The notes beneath the pieces were generated by a model. That model did no database searches, was not told the origin of the DNA, and was given only the letters and a program-made list of their open reading frames with translations. Below are positions 18,283-27,205 of a DNA stretch of 64,000 nucleotides, in pieces. The translations under genes were made by a program, and so were the position numbers. Source of the stretch: an uncultured Actinomycetes bacterium (GTDB lineage: Bacteria > Actinomycetota > UBA4738 > HRBIN12); assembly GCA_963785835.1 (NCBI GenBank), contig CAWAWO010000002.1, positions 140,464 to 204,463 of the forward strand, in the 5' to 3' direction. Within the stretch, counting starts at the first letter, position 1, and every line of letters starts with the position of its first letter.

Positions 18283-19920
18283 TCATCCGACGTGAACGAC
18301 GATCTCGTGGTGGCCGGTCGCGCCGTTGGGGAACGGCTCCGCGCGTTCGGCCGGCTGCGTGACACCGTCGCGATCGGTCGCCCGGACCCGCAGGCGATGG
18401 TCGCCGGGTGATGCGTCCCACCGGTAGACCCACTGCCGCCAGGTATCCACCGTGTCCTCGGCGGCGAGCTCGGCCGGCGCCCAGGGGGTGCCGTCGACGC
18501 CCACCTCGACCCGGTCGATGCCCACGTGCTGCGCCCACGCCACGCCGGCGATCGGGACCTCCCCCGCGACCAGGTCGAGGAAGGGCGATGGCGTGTCGAT
18601 CCGCGACATCGTCTTTACCGGCGCTTCCTCCGCCCACCCCCGCTGCACCCAGTACGGGTCGTACGCGTCGAACGTGGTCAGCTCGATGTCGACCAGCCAT
18701 TTCGTGGCCGAGACGTAGCCGTACAGGCCGGGCACGATCATCCGAACGGGGAACCCGTGCGCGAGCGGTAGCGGCTCGCCGTTCATCGCGACCGCCAGCA
18801 TCGCGTCGCGCCCGTCCGTCGCGATCGCCGTGGGCGTCCCGATCGTGAAGCCGTCGACCGAGCGGCTCACGATCTGGTCGGCGCCGGGGAGCGGGGCGGC
18901 CTCCTCCAGCAGGTCGCGCAGCGGCGCCCCGATCCATCGCGCGTTCCCCGCGTAGCGGCCTCCCACCGGGTTCGAGACGCAGGTCAGCGTGATGTCGCGT
19001 TCGATCAGCGGTCGTTCGAGGAGCTGCCGGTAGTCGAGGATGAGCTCGCGCTCGACCATGCCGTGGATGCGCAGCCGCCAGTCCTCGGCCATGAGCGCCG
19101 GAACGAGCAGCGCGGTGTCAACTCGGTAGAAGCGCTCGTTGGGTGTGATGAATGGCCCGAGGCCCGGCACCGATAGATCTGCGCCCCTCGCGGACGCGGC
19201 CGAACTCGAGGGGGCGGGGATGCGCACCGCGGCCCGGGACTCATCGGCCCGGAACCGACGGGCGAACACGTTCCCGACGCCTCCTGCCGCGACCGCGGCC
19301 GTGACGCCGGCCGCTCCCGTCAGGAGGAACCGCCGTCGATCGAGCGCCCACGAGCCGTCGGCGCGGCCCTGCGGCGACGTCCTCTGTCGTGCGTCCGTCG
19401 ACACCGCGCTCCGCAATGCCAGCAGAGCGATCGCTCCGGTGAGGGTCGCGGCGATGGCCGGAAGGACGTCGATCGCTTCGGCGACCGGCCTGGACAGCGC
19501 CGCGATCACGCCGATCGCTCCGAACGCGAGGAGCCCCGCGATGCCCACCCAGGTTCGGCGGAGGGACCCGATGCCCAGGAGGACGGCCGCGACCACGAGC
19601 AGCGCGGTGATCCCCGCAAGCAGGACCGTCTTGTCCTGCTCGCCGAAGGTTCGGATCGCGAAGGCCTTGAGCCATTCCGGCGTGGCGTCGATCGCGCTCT
19701 GGCCGACCGTCAGGATCGGGGAGGCCTGCGGGTCCACCATGCCGGCGACGAGTTGCGCCACGCCGAGCGCGACGGCGGCCGCGATCAGGCCGATCGCCGC
19801 TCCCACTGCGAACGTCCGAAGCTTGGTCGCCGACCACGGGACCGGATCGTGCTGGGAAGGATCCGTTCGGGCCGGCGCTCGAGAGCGATCCTCCGGAAGA
19901 GGGGCTGCTCGCTGCGTCAC
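18283..19920 (-). CDS. membrane-anchored molybdopterin-dependent oxidoreductase (sulfite-oxidase fold)
   Basis: 545 aa. An N-terminal region with about 5 TM helices and a TAT-like RRRFLL is followed by an Oxidored_molyb-type domain (TLTCVSNPVGG, GFPVRMIVPGLYGYVSATKW) and a C-terminal Ig-like domain. Confidence 0.85.
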   Translation of the reverse strand: MTQRAAPLPEDRSRAPARTDPSQHDPVPWSATKLRTFAVGAAIGLIAAAVALGVAQLVAGMVDPQASPILTVGQSAIDATPEWLKAFAIRTFGEQDKTVLLAGITALLVVAAVLLGIGSLRRTWVGIAGLLAFGAIGVIAALSRPVAEAIDVLPAIAATLTGAIALLALRSAVSTDARQRTSPQGRADGSWALDRRRFLLTGAAGVTAAVAAGGVGNVFARRFRADESRAAVRIPAPSSSAASARGADLSVPGLGPFITPNERFYRVDTALLVPALMAEDWRLRIHGMVERELILDYRQLLERPLIERDITLTCVSNPVGGRYAGNARWIGAPLRDLLEEAAPLPGADQIVSRSVDGFTIGTPTAIATDGRDAMLAVAMNGEPLPLAHGFPVRMIVPGLYGYVSATKWLVDIELTTFDAYDPYWVQRGWAEEAPVKTMSRIDTPSPFLDLVAGEVPIAGVAWAQHVGIDRVEVGVDGTPWAPAELAAEDTVDTWRQWVYRWDASPGDHRLRVRATDRDGVTQPAERAEPFPNGATGHHEIVVHVG

Positions 19921-20000
19921 CCCTCAAGCCTGGAGGCGCGGGTATTGCCACATCCTTACGAGCGGGTGGCGCCGGTCTTACGGTTCCGTCCGCGCGCCAG

Positions 20001-21227
20001 TCATCGCTCGTCCTGCGACGAGGGCATCGGTAGCGTCACGGCGAAGCGGGCGCCCTGCGCGGGACGGCTCTCGGCGGAGATCTCCCCGCCGAGCCCCTCG
20101 ACGATACGCTTGGCGAGGGCGAGACCCAGGCCGGCCCCAGCACCGTGACGCGCCGGGTCCGCGCGGAAGAACGGGTCGAAGACCCGCTCGAGGTCGTCGG
20201 GATCGATCCCCTCGCCGGTGTCGGCCACCGCCACCTCGAGGGCTCCGCGCGAGCGTCGCGCCTCGATCCGGACGCTCCCATCGAGCGGCGTGTGTCGCAC
20301 CGCGTTCGACAGGAGGGTCTGGATCACCCGTGTCAGCCGCGGCGAGCACGGGACGTCCCCCGCGCCGTCGAGATCGGCCACCAGCGACAGACCCTTCCCG
20401 TCCGCCTGCGGCTCGACCGCCGCCACCGCCGCGCTGACGACGTCGCTGAGTCGCGCCCGGCGGGTCTCGCGCTCGATCGAGCCGGCGTCGAGTTGGGCGA
20501 ACTCGAAGAGGTCGTCGACCATGTTCGAGAGCTGGCCCACCGACCGCCGCATCTCGCCCACGAACCTGCGCATGCTTTGCGGATCGTCGACGACACCCTC
20601 GTCGATCGCCTCGACCATCGCGCGCACGTTCGCGAGCGGCGTTCGCAGGTCGTGCGAGACAGCCGTCACCAGGTCGCGCCGGGTCGATTCGATCAGCCGT
20701 TCCCGCTCGTACGCGGCCTGCAGGCGTTCTGCCATCTCGTCCAGGGTGCGGGCGAGCGTGTCGAGCTCGGGCCCGGCGCCGAGGTCGCCGACGCGGGCGT
20801 CGAGATCGCCTCGGCCGAGCCGCCGCGCGTCCTCCACCAGCCGGTCGACGGCCCGGGACCGGGAGCGGGCGAGCGCCAGGGCCGCGCCGACCCCGGCTGC
20901 GGCCGAGTACAAGAACAGGATGGCGACCGTCGTCGCGTCGTGGCGATCGACGACCATCTGTCGCGTGAGGACGACGAGGTTGACGATCGCCGCCACCGCG
21001 CCGACGACCGCGACCGCGGTCATGCTCTGCGTCATCGACGCCTTCGTGAGCAGCGCGCGGGCGAGCGCGATCGCGACCACCGTGACCACGAGCGCCGGCG
21101 CGATCAGCGCGGCGAGGTGGGCGAGCTCGCCCGAGTCCATGCCGACGACGGCGCCGGCGACCAGCGTCCCGATCGCTCCGGCCGCCGCCACCGCCGCCGC
21201 GAGCGCGATCGCGCGCCAGGCCATCAT
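20001..21227 (-). CDS. sensor histidine kinase (TM-HAMP-HisKA-HATPase)
   Basis: H-box VSHDLRTPLA, N-box LLSNAVRHT, G-boxes DTGEGI and GAGLGLALA. ATG at 21227 overlaps the regulator stop (ATGA). Confidence 0.85.
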   Translation of the reverse strand: MMAWRAIALAAAVAAAGAIGTLVAGAVVGMDSGELAHLAALIAPALVVTVVAIALARALLTKASMTQSMTAVAVVGAVAAIVNLVVLTRQMVVDRHDATTVAILFLYSAAAGVGAALALARSRSRAVDRLVEDARRLGRGDLDARVGDLGAGPELDTLARTLDEMAERLQAAYERERLIESTRRDLVTAVSHDLRTPLANVRAMVEAIDEGVVDDPQSMRRFVGEMRRSVGQLSNMVDDLFEFAQLDAGSIERETRRARLSDVVSAAVAAVEPQADGKGLSLVADLDGAGDVPCSPRLTRVIQTLLSNAVRHTPLDGSVRIEARRSRGALEVAVADTGEGIDPDDLERVFDPFFRADPARHGAGAGLGLALAKRIVEGLGGEISAESRPAQGARFAVTLPMPSSQDER

Positions 21228-21907
21228 GGATCGAACCGGTACCCGACGCCCCACACCGTGACGAGGTGCTCGGGGTTCGACGGATCCTCTTCGATCTTCT
21301 CGCGCAACCGGCGAACGTGCACGGTCACCGTTGCGCTGTCACCGTCCCACGCGAAGTCCCAGACCTCGTCGAGGAGCTCGGCGCGCGTGAAGGTCCGCTC
21401 GGGGTGGGAGGCGAGCAGGAACAGGAGATCGAACTCCTTCCGCGTGAGGGGGACGAGATCGCCGTGGAGGCGCGCCTCCCGTCTCGGCCCGTCGAGCTCG
21501 AGGTCGCCGTGGGTCAGCACCTCGGCGAGCTGCTCCGCGCCGTTCGCGCGACGGAGGACCGCCCGCACGCGCGCGACGACCTCGCGCGGGCTGAACGGCT
21601 TCGTGACGTAATCGTCGGCGCCGAGCTCGAGCCCGACCACGCGGTCGGTCTCGTCTCCCTTGGCCGTGACCATGATCACCGCGGTCGGCGCCCGCTCGCG
21701 CATCCGGCGGAACACCTCGAGGCCGTCGATGCGTGGCAGCATGAGGTCGAGCAGCACGAGGTCGGGTGGCGATGCTTCGAACCTGATGAGCGCCTGCTCG
21801 CCGTCCTCGGCCTCCTCGACCTCGAACCCGTCCTTCTCCAGGTAGCGCGAGAGGACCTCGCGCACGATCGGCTCGTCGTCGACGACGAGCACGCGGGCGT
21901 CGCTCAT
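21224..21907 (-). CDS. OmpR-family response regulator
   Basis: Receiver domain (VLVVDDEP, DLVLLDLMLP, TAKG) plus winged helix (LTRKEFDLLFLLASHP..VWGVGYRF). ATG at 21907. Confidence 0.9.
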   Translation of the reverse strand: MSDARVLVVDDEPIVREVLSRYLEKDGFEVEEAEDGEQALIRFEASPPDLVLLDLMLPRIDGLEVFRRMRERAPTAVIMVTAKGDETDRVVGLELGADDYVTKPFSPREVVARVRAVLRRANGAEQLAEVLTHGDLELDGPRREARLHGDLVPLTRKEFDLLFLLASHPERTFTRAELLDEVWDFAWDGDSATVTVHVRRLREKIEEDPSNPEHLVTVWGVGYRFDP

Positions 21908-22151
21908 CCGCGGCCATCCGGTTCGTTCATGCGTGTCCATGATGAACCTTGGATGTTGCGGATTCCTTACGGGCTGGTCGAGCTCGGCGCGGGAGCTCGT
22001 CACACCCTGCTGCTCGCGGCGATGTTCGGCACCGTTCCGTCCCGAGAAAGCCCCTCGTAAGGTGTCTCCGTCTACGGTTCAGGTATCTCGAGTCACGAGG
22101 GACGACTTCGTCAGTCGAACCGACGGACGGGTCGACCGCAGGGGGAAGACG

Positions 22152-22742
22152 TTGAGCCTGGTCGCCGCGTTGAAGCGCCACCCAGCCCGGACGGCCGTGG
22201 TCGCCGCCGTCCTGCTCGCGCTGGGCGGGTTCGCATTGTGGTGGTTCGCGCCGTGGAACCTGTTCATCGACAAGCGCGTGGACGAGGCGTTGCCTGGGAC
22301 CACCGGCGCGGTCGCCGAAGCCGAGGAGGCCGCCGGCGACGCCACGGCTGAGGCCACGGGGACCGAGGCTACCGGCACCGATCCGAACGCGGAGCCGGCG
22401 ACCCTCGCGTCGGGAGAGTTCGCCGGCCTCGAGCACGCCACGAGCGGCGAGGCCCTGGTTGTCGAGCTCGAGGACGGCAGGCGGTTCCTCCGCTTGGACG
22501 ATCTCGAGACGTCGAACGGCCCGGACCTCCGCGTCTACCTCTCGTCGGTGCCGGCGAGCGACGACTGGTACGTGTACGACGACGAGGAGGTCGTCGACCT
22601 CGGTGGCTTGAAGGGGAACATCGGGAGCTCGAACTACGCGATCCCGGCCAACGTGGATCTCGCGGACTTCGAGACCGCGGTGATCTGGTGCCGGCGGTTC
22701 AGTGTCGGGTTCGGTGTGGCGCCGCTCGAACCCGCGACGTAG
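22152..22742 (+). CDS. DM13 domain protein with N-terminal membrane anchor
   Basis: TM anchor AVVAAVLLALGGFALWWF, an acidic linker, then DM13-like sequence (GEFAGLEHATSGEA, TSNGPDLRVYLS, VIWCRRFSVGFGVAPL). TTG at 22152 behind GGGGGAAG; the start is uncertain. Confidence 0.7.
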   Translation: MSLVAALKRHPARTAVVAAVLLALGGFALWWFAPWNLFIDKRVDEALPGTTGAVAEAEEAAGDATAEATGTEATGTDPNAEPATLASGEFAGLEHATSGEALVVELEDGRRFLRLDDLETSNGPDLRVYLSSVPASDDWYVYDDEEVVDLGGLKGNIGSSNYAIPANVDLADFETAVIWCRRFSVGFGVAPLEPAT

Positions 22743-22752
22743 TCGGGTCCGG

Positions 22753-23553
22753 TCAGATCGTTCCCGGGCGCACGTCCCCCGCGATCAGCGCGAACACCAG
22801 CGCGGCGACCGCGAGACGGAACCACAGGAAGATCGCGAAGTCGTGGCGGCGCAGGTACCGCAGCAGGAACGCGATCACGAGGAACCCGCTGACGGCCGAG
22901 GCGGCGATGCCGGCGATGAACGGCCCCCCCATGCCCGGGGGGATCCCCTCGCTCGCGAGGTCCACGCCCTTGTAGATCGCGGCACCGGCGATCACCGGGA
23001 GCGAGAGCAGGAACGAGAAGCGAGCGGCGGTCTCGCGATCGAAGGTCAGCGCGCGGGCCGCGGTCATCGTCACGCCCGAGCGAGACACGCCCGGTTGCAG
23101 CGCGGCCGCCTGGGCGATGCCGAGCACGAGGCCGTGGCGCACGGTGAGATCGTCCAGGTGCCGGCGGCTCGCCGCGATCCGATCGACCACGTACAGGACG
23201 ACGCCGAACACCACGAGCATGACGGCGATCAGCCACGGCTGGCCGAGCTCGTCCTGGATGAACCCTTCGAGCGCAGCCCCGACGATCACCGCCGGGATCG
23301 TCCCGACGACGAGCGCCCACGCCAGACGTTGGTCGGTCGACTCGATCGCCCGGGCCGACAGAGATCGGACCCAGGCGCCCGCGTAGCGAGCCACGTCGTG
23401 GCGGAAGTAGATCAGCGCCCCGGCCAGCGTCCCGACGTGCAACGCCACGTCGAACGACTTGTTGAGATCGGGGTCGTTCAGGATCGGCCAGTCGAAGAAC
23501 CAGGGCACAAGGATCAGGTGTCCGGAGCTGGAGATCGGCGCGAACTCGGTCAC
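22753..23553 (-). CDS. uppP: undecaprenyl-diphosphate phosphatase
   Basis: TEFAPISSSGHL motif and PGVSRSG motif. The GTG at 23553 cuts off the conserved first helix, which is encoded in frame upstream (LTILQAIVLGITQG) starting at a CTG at 23595. Confidence 0.85.
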   Translation of the reverse strand: MTEFAPISSSGHLILVPWFFDWPILNDPDLNKSFDVALHVGTLAGALIYFRHDVARYAGAWVRSLSARAIESTDQRLAWALVVGTIPAVIVGAALEGFIQDELGQPWLIAVMLVVFGVVLYVVDRIAASRRHLDDLTVRHGLVLGIAQAAALQPGVSRSGVTMTAARALTFDRETAARFSFLLSLPVIAGAAIYKGVDLASEGIPPGMGGPFIAGIAASAVSGFLVIAFLLRYLRRHDFAIFLWFRLAVAALVFALIAGDVRPGTI

Positions 23554-23638
23554 ACCCTGCGTGATGCCGAGGACGATCGCTTGCAGGATGGTCAGGTGGC
23601 GGCTCCCGGATGCAAAGAGGAGAAGATGCTATCTGTGC

Positions 23639-23899
23639 CTACGCCGGTTCCGTGGAACGGAATAGGCGTTCGAGGGCAGCGAGACCGGGCTCTCGCTCCT
23701 TGAGGTCGAACCGATCGGCGAGGTCGACCAAGCGTACGCCGCTCCTGGAGGCGTCCAGGATCTCGATCCCGATGAGTCGTCCGGCTACGTCGAGGTCGAC
23801 CACCCGACCGTCCTCGAGGATCTCCGAGCGTGCGACGTGTTCTCCCTCGCGAACGTACACGTAGATCGCATCGGCTTCTTCGTCGTACGTGAGCCTCAT
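23639..23899 (-). CDS. DUF2283 family small protein (putative antitoxin-like partner)
   Basis: 86 aa, MRLTYDEEADAIYVYV..GRLIGIEILDAS is the characteristic DUF2283 pattern. The ATG overlaps the stop of the DUF4258 gene (ATGA). Confidence 0.75.
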   Translation of the reverse strand: MRLTYDEEADAIYVYVREGEHVARSEILEDGRVVDLDVAGRLIGIEILDASRSGVRLVDLADRFDLKEREPGLAALERLFRSTEPA

Positions 23900-24123
23900 C
23901 GAGGTCCTTTCCTCGGTGCGAGGACGGTCACGACGTATGAACGCCTCTCTCGGTACGTCGTGATCCTCAGGATACGCCCAGTGTCCGTCCTGCCCCAGAC
24001 ATGAACGCGATCCCACGTTCGCGCCCTGGTCTCCGCGATGACGTTCCGCAGAGCCTGGGCGATCTCCCCTTCGCTTATCCGGCGCTCGACCATCCGTCGG
24101 CGCGCATGTTTGCTGAGGATCAC
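23896..24123 (-). CDS. DUF4258 family small protein (putative toxin-like)
   Basis: 75 aa, ILSKHARRRMVERRISEGEIAQAL is the typical DUF4258 N-terminus. The GTG start overlaps the cpaB-like stop (GTGA). Local GC is visibly lower than the flanks. Confidence 0.75.
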   Translation of the reverse strand: MILSKHARRRMVERRISEGEIAQALRNVIAETRARTWDRVHVWGRTDTGRILRITTYRERRSYVVTVLAPRKGPR

Positions 24124-24770
24124 GCAGTCTGGGTCGGCGCCACCGATACCGAGATCTGCCCGAACGCCGCGGCGTGGGCCAGCCGTTCGGCGACGTCGGG
24201 GCTGACCAGCAGCACGAGCGACGGACCGCTCGCGCCGCCGGCCTCGAAGGTCCCGCCGCCGTCCTCGACGATGGAGAGGATCTCGAGCCCGCTCCCGACG
24301 GTGTCGGTATACGGACGCGGGCCGCCGAACGTCGCGATGACGTCGACGAGATCACCGGGACGGAGCACGCCGGCGGGGACGCCGGCGGTCACGACGAAGG
24401 CGCGGAGGCCGCTCGTGACCTGCGAGGCCACCGGTCCGCCGGCGCCGCCGACCCGCGTCCTGGTGACCGCCTCCCCCTCGGCGAGGTCCGAAACCAACGT
24501 CCGGCCGACCGCGTCGTCGATCGCGGTGAGCGCTCCCGGCGGTGCGTAGGCGCTCGGCACTCGATCCAGCCGCAACGCGTCCTCGACCAGCACGGTGCCG
24601 CGCTCGAGCGGCTGGGCCGCGACCACGACCGCGGTCGGATCGCCCGTGGAGGGTCGCAGCGCCTCGAGCTCGGCGGCGTACCCCCGGACCAGCGTGAACG
24701 AGCCAGCCCCCGCCACGATCGCGAGCACCGCGAACACCTTCGACCTCGGCGACCACCGCCGAAGAAACAC
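24120..24770 (-). CDS. CpaB/RcpC-like SAF-domain membrane-anchored protein
   Basis: GTG behind GGGAGGTG. N-terminal anchor VFAVLAIVAGAGSF, then SAF-like (VVVAAQPLERGTVL) and RcpC-like (GDLVDVIAT) regions. No other tad/cpa genes in the window. Confidence 0.8.
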   Translation of the reverse strand: MFLRRWSPRSKVFAVLAIVAGAGSFTLVRGYAAELEALRPSTGDPTAVVVAAQPLERGTVLVEDALRLDRVPSAYAPPGALTAIDDAVGRTLVSDLAEGEAVTRTRVGGAGGPVASQVTSGLRAFVVTAGVPAGVLRPGDLVDVIATFGGPRPYTDTVGSGLEILSIVEDGGGTFEAGGASGPSLVLLVSPDVAERLAHAAAFGQISVSVAPTQTA

Positions 24771-24839
24771 CGCTCACCTCCCGCCGAGGGAAGGACGATG
24801 CACGCTACGCGAGGCGAACGCGCAACGCCGTGAGCCAGG

Positions 24840-25016
24840 TCACACTTCGCGAGGTTTCTTGGGGGGCGTCAGCGGCAGGACACGGAGCCGGAAGTCTTCG
24901 AGCGCCTCCCGCCCGACGACCATCGAGACCGCCTCGCGGACCCGGTCGCCGAGTTGCTGCGTGTCGTCCTCGGTCGTGAAGCGGATCTCGACCGTGACGA
25001 GGACCTTCTCGCCCAT
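24840..25016 (-). CDS. hypothetical 58-aa protein, immediately downstream of MTAP
   Basis: MGEKVLVTVEIRFTTEDDTQQLGDRVREAVSMVVGREALEDFRLRVLPLTPPKKPREV. The ATG directly follows the MTAP TGA and lies behind GAGGTGGAG. It is below the ORF-track length cutoff, and I recognise no homology. Confidence 0.45.
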   Translation of the reverse strand: MGEKVLVTVEIRFTTEDDTQQLGDRVREAVSMVVGREALEDFRLRVLPLTPPKKPREV

Positions 25017-25814
25017 TCACTCCACCTCGAACCGCGCGTTCTCCAGCGCGGTCGCGCACTCGCAGTCGCGCTCGGCGGGGAACGCAGGGATCGCGGCGAA
25101 CAACAGGTTCCGGAGCCGCGCGTTGTTCTGTTGGAACGCGCGGATCACCTCTTCGTGGGTGACGGGAGGAGCGCCGGGCACGGCGACGTCGTAATCGGTG
25201 ATCAGCGAGATGTTCGCGTAGCAGATCTCGAGCTCGCGGGCGAGTACGACCTCGGGGTACCCGGTCATGTTCAGCGTGTGCCAGCCGACCGAGTTGAACC
25301 ACTCGGATTCGGCGCGCGTCGAGAACCGCGGTCCCTCGATCACCACCATCGTCCCGCCCTCGTGCAGGCCGATGCCGAGCTCGCGCCCTTTCGCGACGAT
25401 CGTCGAGCGCATCGTGGCGCAGTAGGGGTCGGCGAACGAGATGTGGGTGGTCACCGGTCCGTCGTAGAACGTGTGCGGCCTCGACCGCGTGCGGTCGACG
25501 ATCTGGTCGCAGATCACGAACTCGCCGATCTGCACGCCGGTCTGGAGCGAGCCCGCCGCGCAGGGCCCGACGATCCGTTCGACGCCCAGCTCCTTCATCG
25601 CCCAAAGGTTCGCCCGATAGTTGATCGCGTGCGGCGGGTACTGGTGCTTGATCCCGTGACGCGGGATGAACGCCACGCGCGACGAACCGACCTGGCCGAC
25701 GACCGGCGAAGCCGACGGCTCGCCGTACGGCGTCTCCACGTGCACGGTCTCGGTGTCCTCGAGCAGGGAGTAGAAGCCGGAGCCGCCGAAGACGCCGATC
25801 TCGGCCCGACTCAC
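25017..25814 (-). CDS. mtnP: S-methyl-5'-thioadenosine phosphorylase
   Basis: IGVFGGSGFY, FIPRHG, INYRANLWA and NMTGYPE motifs. GTG at 25814 behind AAGGAGGG overlaps the FmdB stop (GTGA). Confidence 0.9.
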   Translation of the reverse strand: MSRAEIGVFGGSGFYSLLEDTETVHVETPYGEPSASPVVGQVGSSRVAFIPRHGIKHQYPPHAINYRANLWAMKELGVERIVGPCAAGSLQTGVQIGEFVICDQIVDRTRSRPHTFYDGPVTTHISFADPYCATMRSTIVAKGRELGIGLHEGGTMVVIEGPRFSTRAESEWFNSVGWHTLNMTGYPEVVLARELEICYANISLITDYDVAVPGAPPVTHEEVIRAFQQNNARLRNLLFAAIPAFPAERDCECATALENARFEVE

Positions 25815-26173
25815 GACGAGGAGCCCTCCTTCGACGAGCCGGAGCCGGACGTGGACGAGGACGAGCCCTCCGAGGTGGACGCGGTCCCCGAACCGCTCTC
25901 GGAGGAAGAGGAAGAGGTGGAGGAAGACGCGCCGTCGCCGGAGCCGGAGGTCGCCGCCGCGTCGGCCTTCGTCTTCTCGGGCGTGGGCTTGGAGGCCGAA
26001 CGGCTGTCCGTCGCGTAGAACCCGGACCCCTTGAACACGATCCCGGCCGGATGGAAGACCTTCCGGAGGGCGCCGCCGCACGCGCCGCACGTCGTCAGCG
26101 CGTCCTCGGAGATGCGCTGGAAGACCTCGATGTGCTGTCCGCACGACGTGCATTCGTACTCGTAGGTCGGCAT
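25811..26173 (-). CDS. FmdB-family zinc-ribbon protein with Ser/Gly-rich tail
   Basis: MPTYEYECTSCGQHIEVFQRISE..CGACGG is the canonical FmdB CxxC...CxxC ribbon, followed by a low-complexity S/G/T tail. Confidence 0.85.
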   Translation of the reverse strand: MPTYEYECTSCGQHIEVFQRISEDALTTCGACGGALRKVFHPAGIVFKGSGFYATDSRSASKPTPEKTKADAAATSGSGDGASSSTSSSSSESGSGTASTSEGSSSSTSGSGSSKEGSSS

Positions 26174-26288
26174 GGACGAAGTGTATCGGGGGTAGACAGC
26201 CGGGCCTACGCTCGAGCAGCCGGCCGCGGGAGCAGCGGGGTTGACCCGAGGGGTAGACTCCGTGCCCCCGGGGGAGCGGAGGCGCGCC

Positions 26289-27173
26289 ATGGCGAAGGTG
26301 AGGAAGGCCGTCATCCCGGCAGCCGGGCTCGGCACTCGGTTCCTTCCGGCCACCAAGGCGCAGCCCAAGGAGATGCTCCCGGTCGTGGACAAGCCGGCGA
26401 TCCAGTGGGTCGTCGAGGAGGCCGTTCGGGCCGGCCTCACCGACATCACGATCATCACGGGACGCGGCAAGCACGCGATCGTCGACCACTTCGATCGCTC
26501 GTTCGAGCTCGAGCACTTCCTCGAGGTGAAGGGGAAGTTCGACGAGCTGAAGCAGGTCCGCGAGATCTCGGACATGGCCACGATCCACTACATCCGCCAG
26601 CGCGATCCCCTCGGTCTCGGGCACGCGGTCGCGGCCGCCGAGGGCCACGTGGGGGGCGAGTCCTTCGCGGTGCTGCTCGGGGACGACCTCATGGCCGAGA
26701 ACAACCCGCTGCTCCAGGAGATGCTCCGGGTCCACGAGAAGTACGGGCGAAGCGTGCTGGCGGCGATGGAGGTCAGCCGGGACGAGATCTCCCTCTACGG
26801 CGCCATCGAGCCCGAATTCGTCGAGAACGAACACCTCGCGCAGGTGCGCTCGATCGTGGAGAAGCCGCCGCCCGACGAAGCGCCCTCCAACCTGGCGGCG
26901 ATCGGTCGGTACGTGCTCACCCCGGAGATCTTCGACTGCCTCCGCAGAACGCACCCGGGGGTCGGCGGTGAGTTGCAGCTCACCGACGCGATCAGCATGC
27001 TCGCCAGGGAGCAGGCGGTGTACGCGTACGTGTTCGACGGCGGGCGGTTCGACGTGGGCAACAAGCTGGACTACCTCAAGGCCACGATCGAACTCGCCAT
27101 CGACCGCGAGGACATCGGGAAGGACTTCCGAGCCTGGCTCGGCGACTTCGCCGAGCGCAAGAAGCTCATCTGA
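26289..27173 (+). CDS. galU: UTP--glucose-1-phosphate uridylyltransferase
   Basis: KAVIPAAGLGTRFLPATKAQPKEMLPVVDKP signature. ATG at 26289. Confidence 0.9.
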   Translation: MAKVRKAVIPAAGLGTRFLPATKAQPKEMLPVVDKPAIQWVVEEAVRAGLTDITIITGRGKHAIVDHFDRSFELEHFLEVKGKFDELKQVREISDMATIHYIRQRDPLGLGHAVAAAEGHVGGESFAVLLGDDLMAENNPLLQEMLRVHEKYGRSVLAAMEVSRDEISLYGAIEPEFVENEHLAQVRSIVEKPPPDEAPSNLAAIGRYVLTPEIFDCLRRTHPGVGGELQLTDAISMLAREQAVYAYVFDGGRFDVGNKLDYLKATIELAIDREDIGKDFRAWLGDFAERKKLI

Positions 27174-27205
27174 GCTCGAAGGACACCGTCGATACACTGG
27201 GTCGG

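Noticed and set aside
25811-25990. Ser/Gly/Thr-rich repetitive stretch, considered as a DNA repeat array.
   Set aside because: It is the low-complexity C-terminal tail of the FmdB-family protein. There is no regular nucleotide period.
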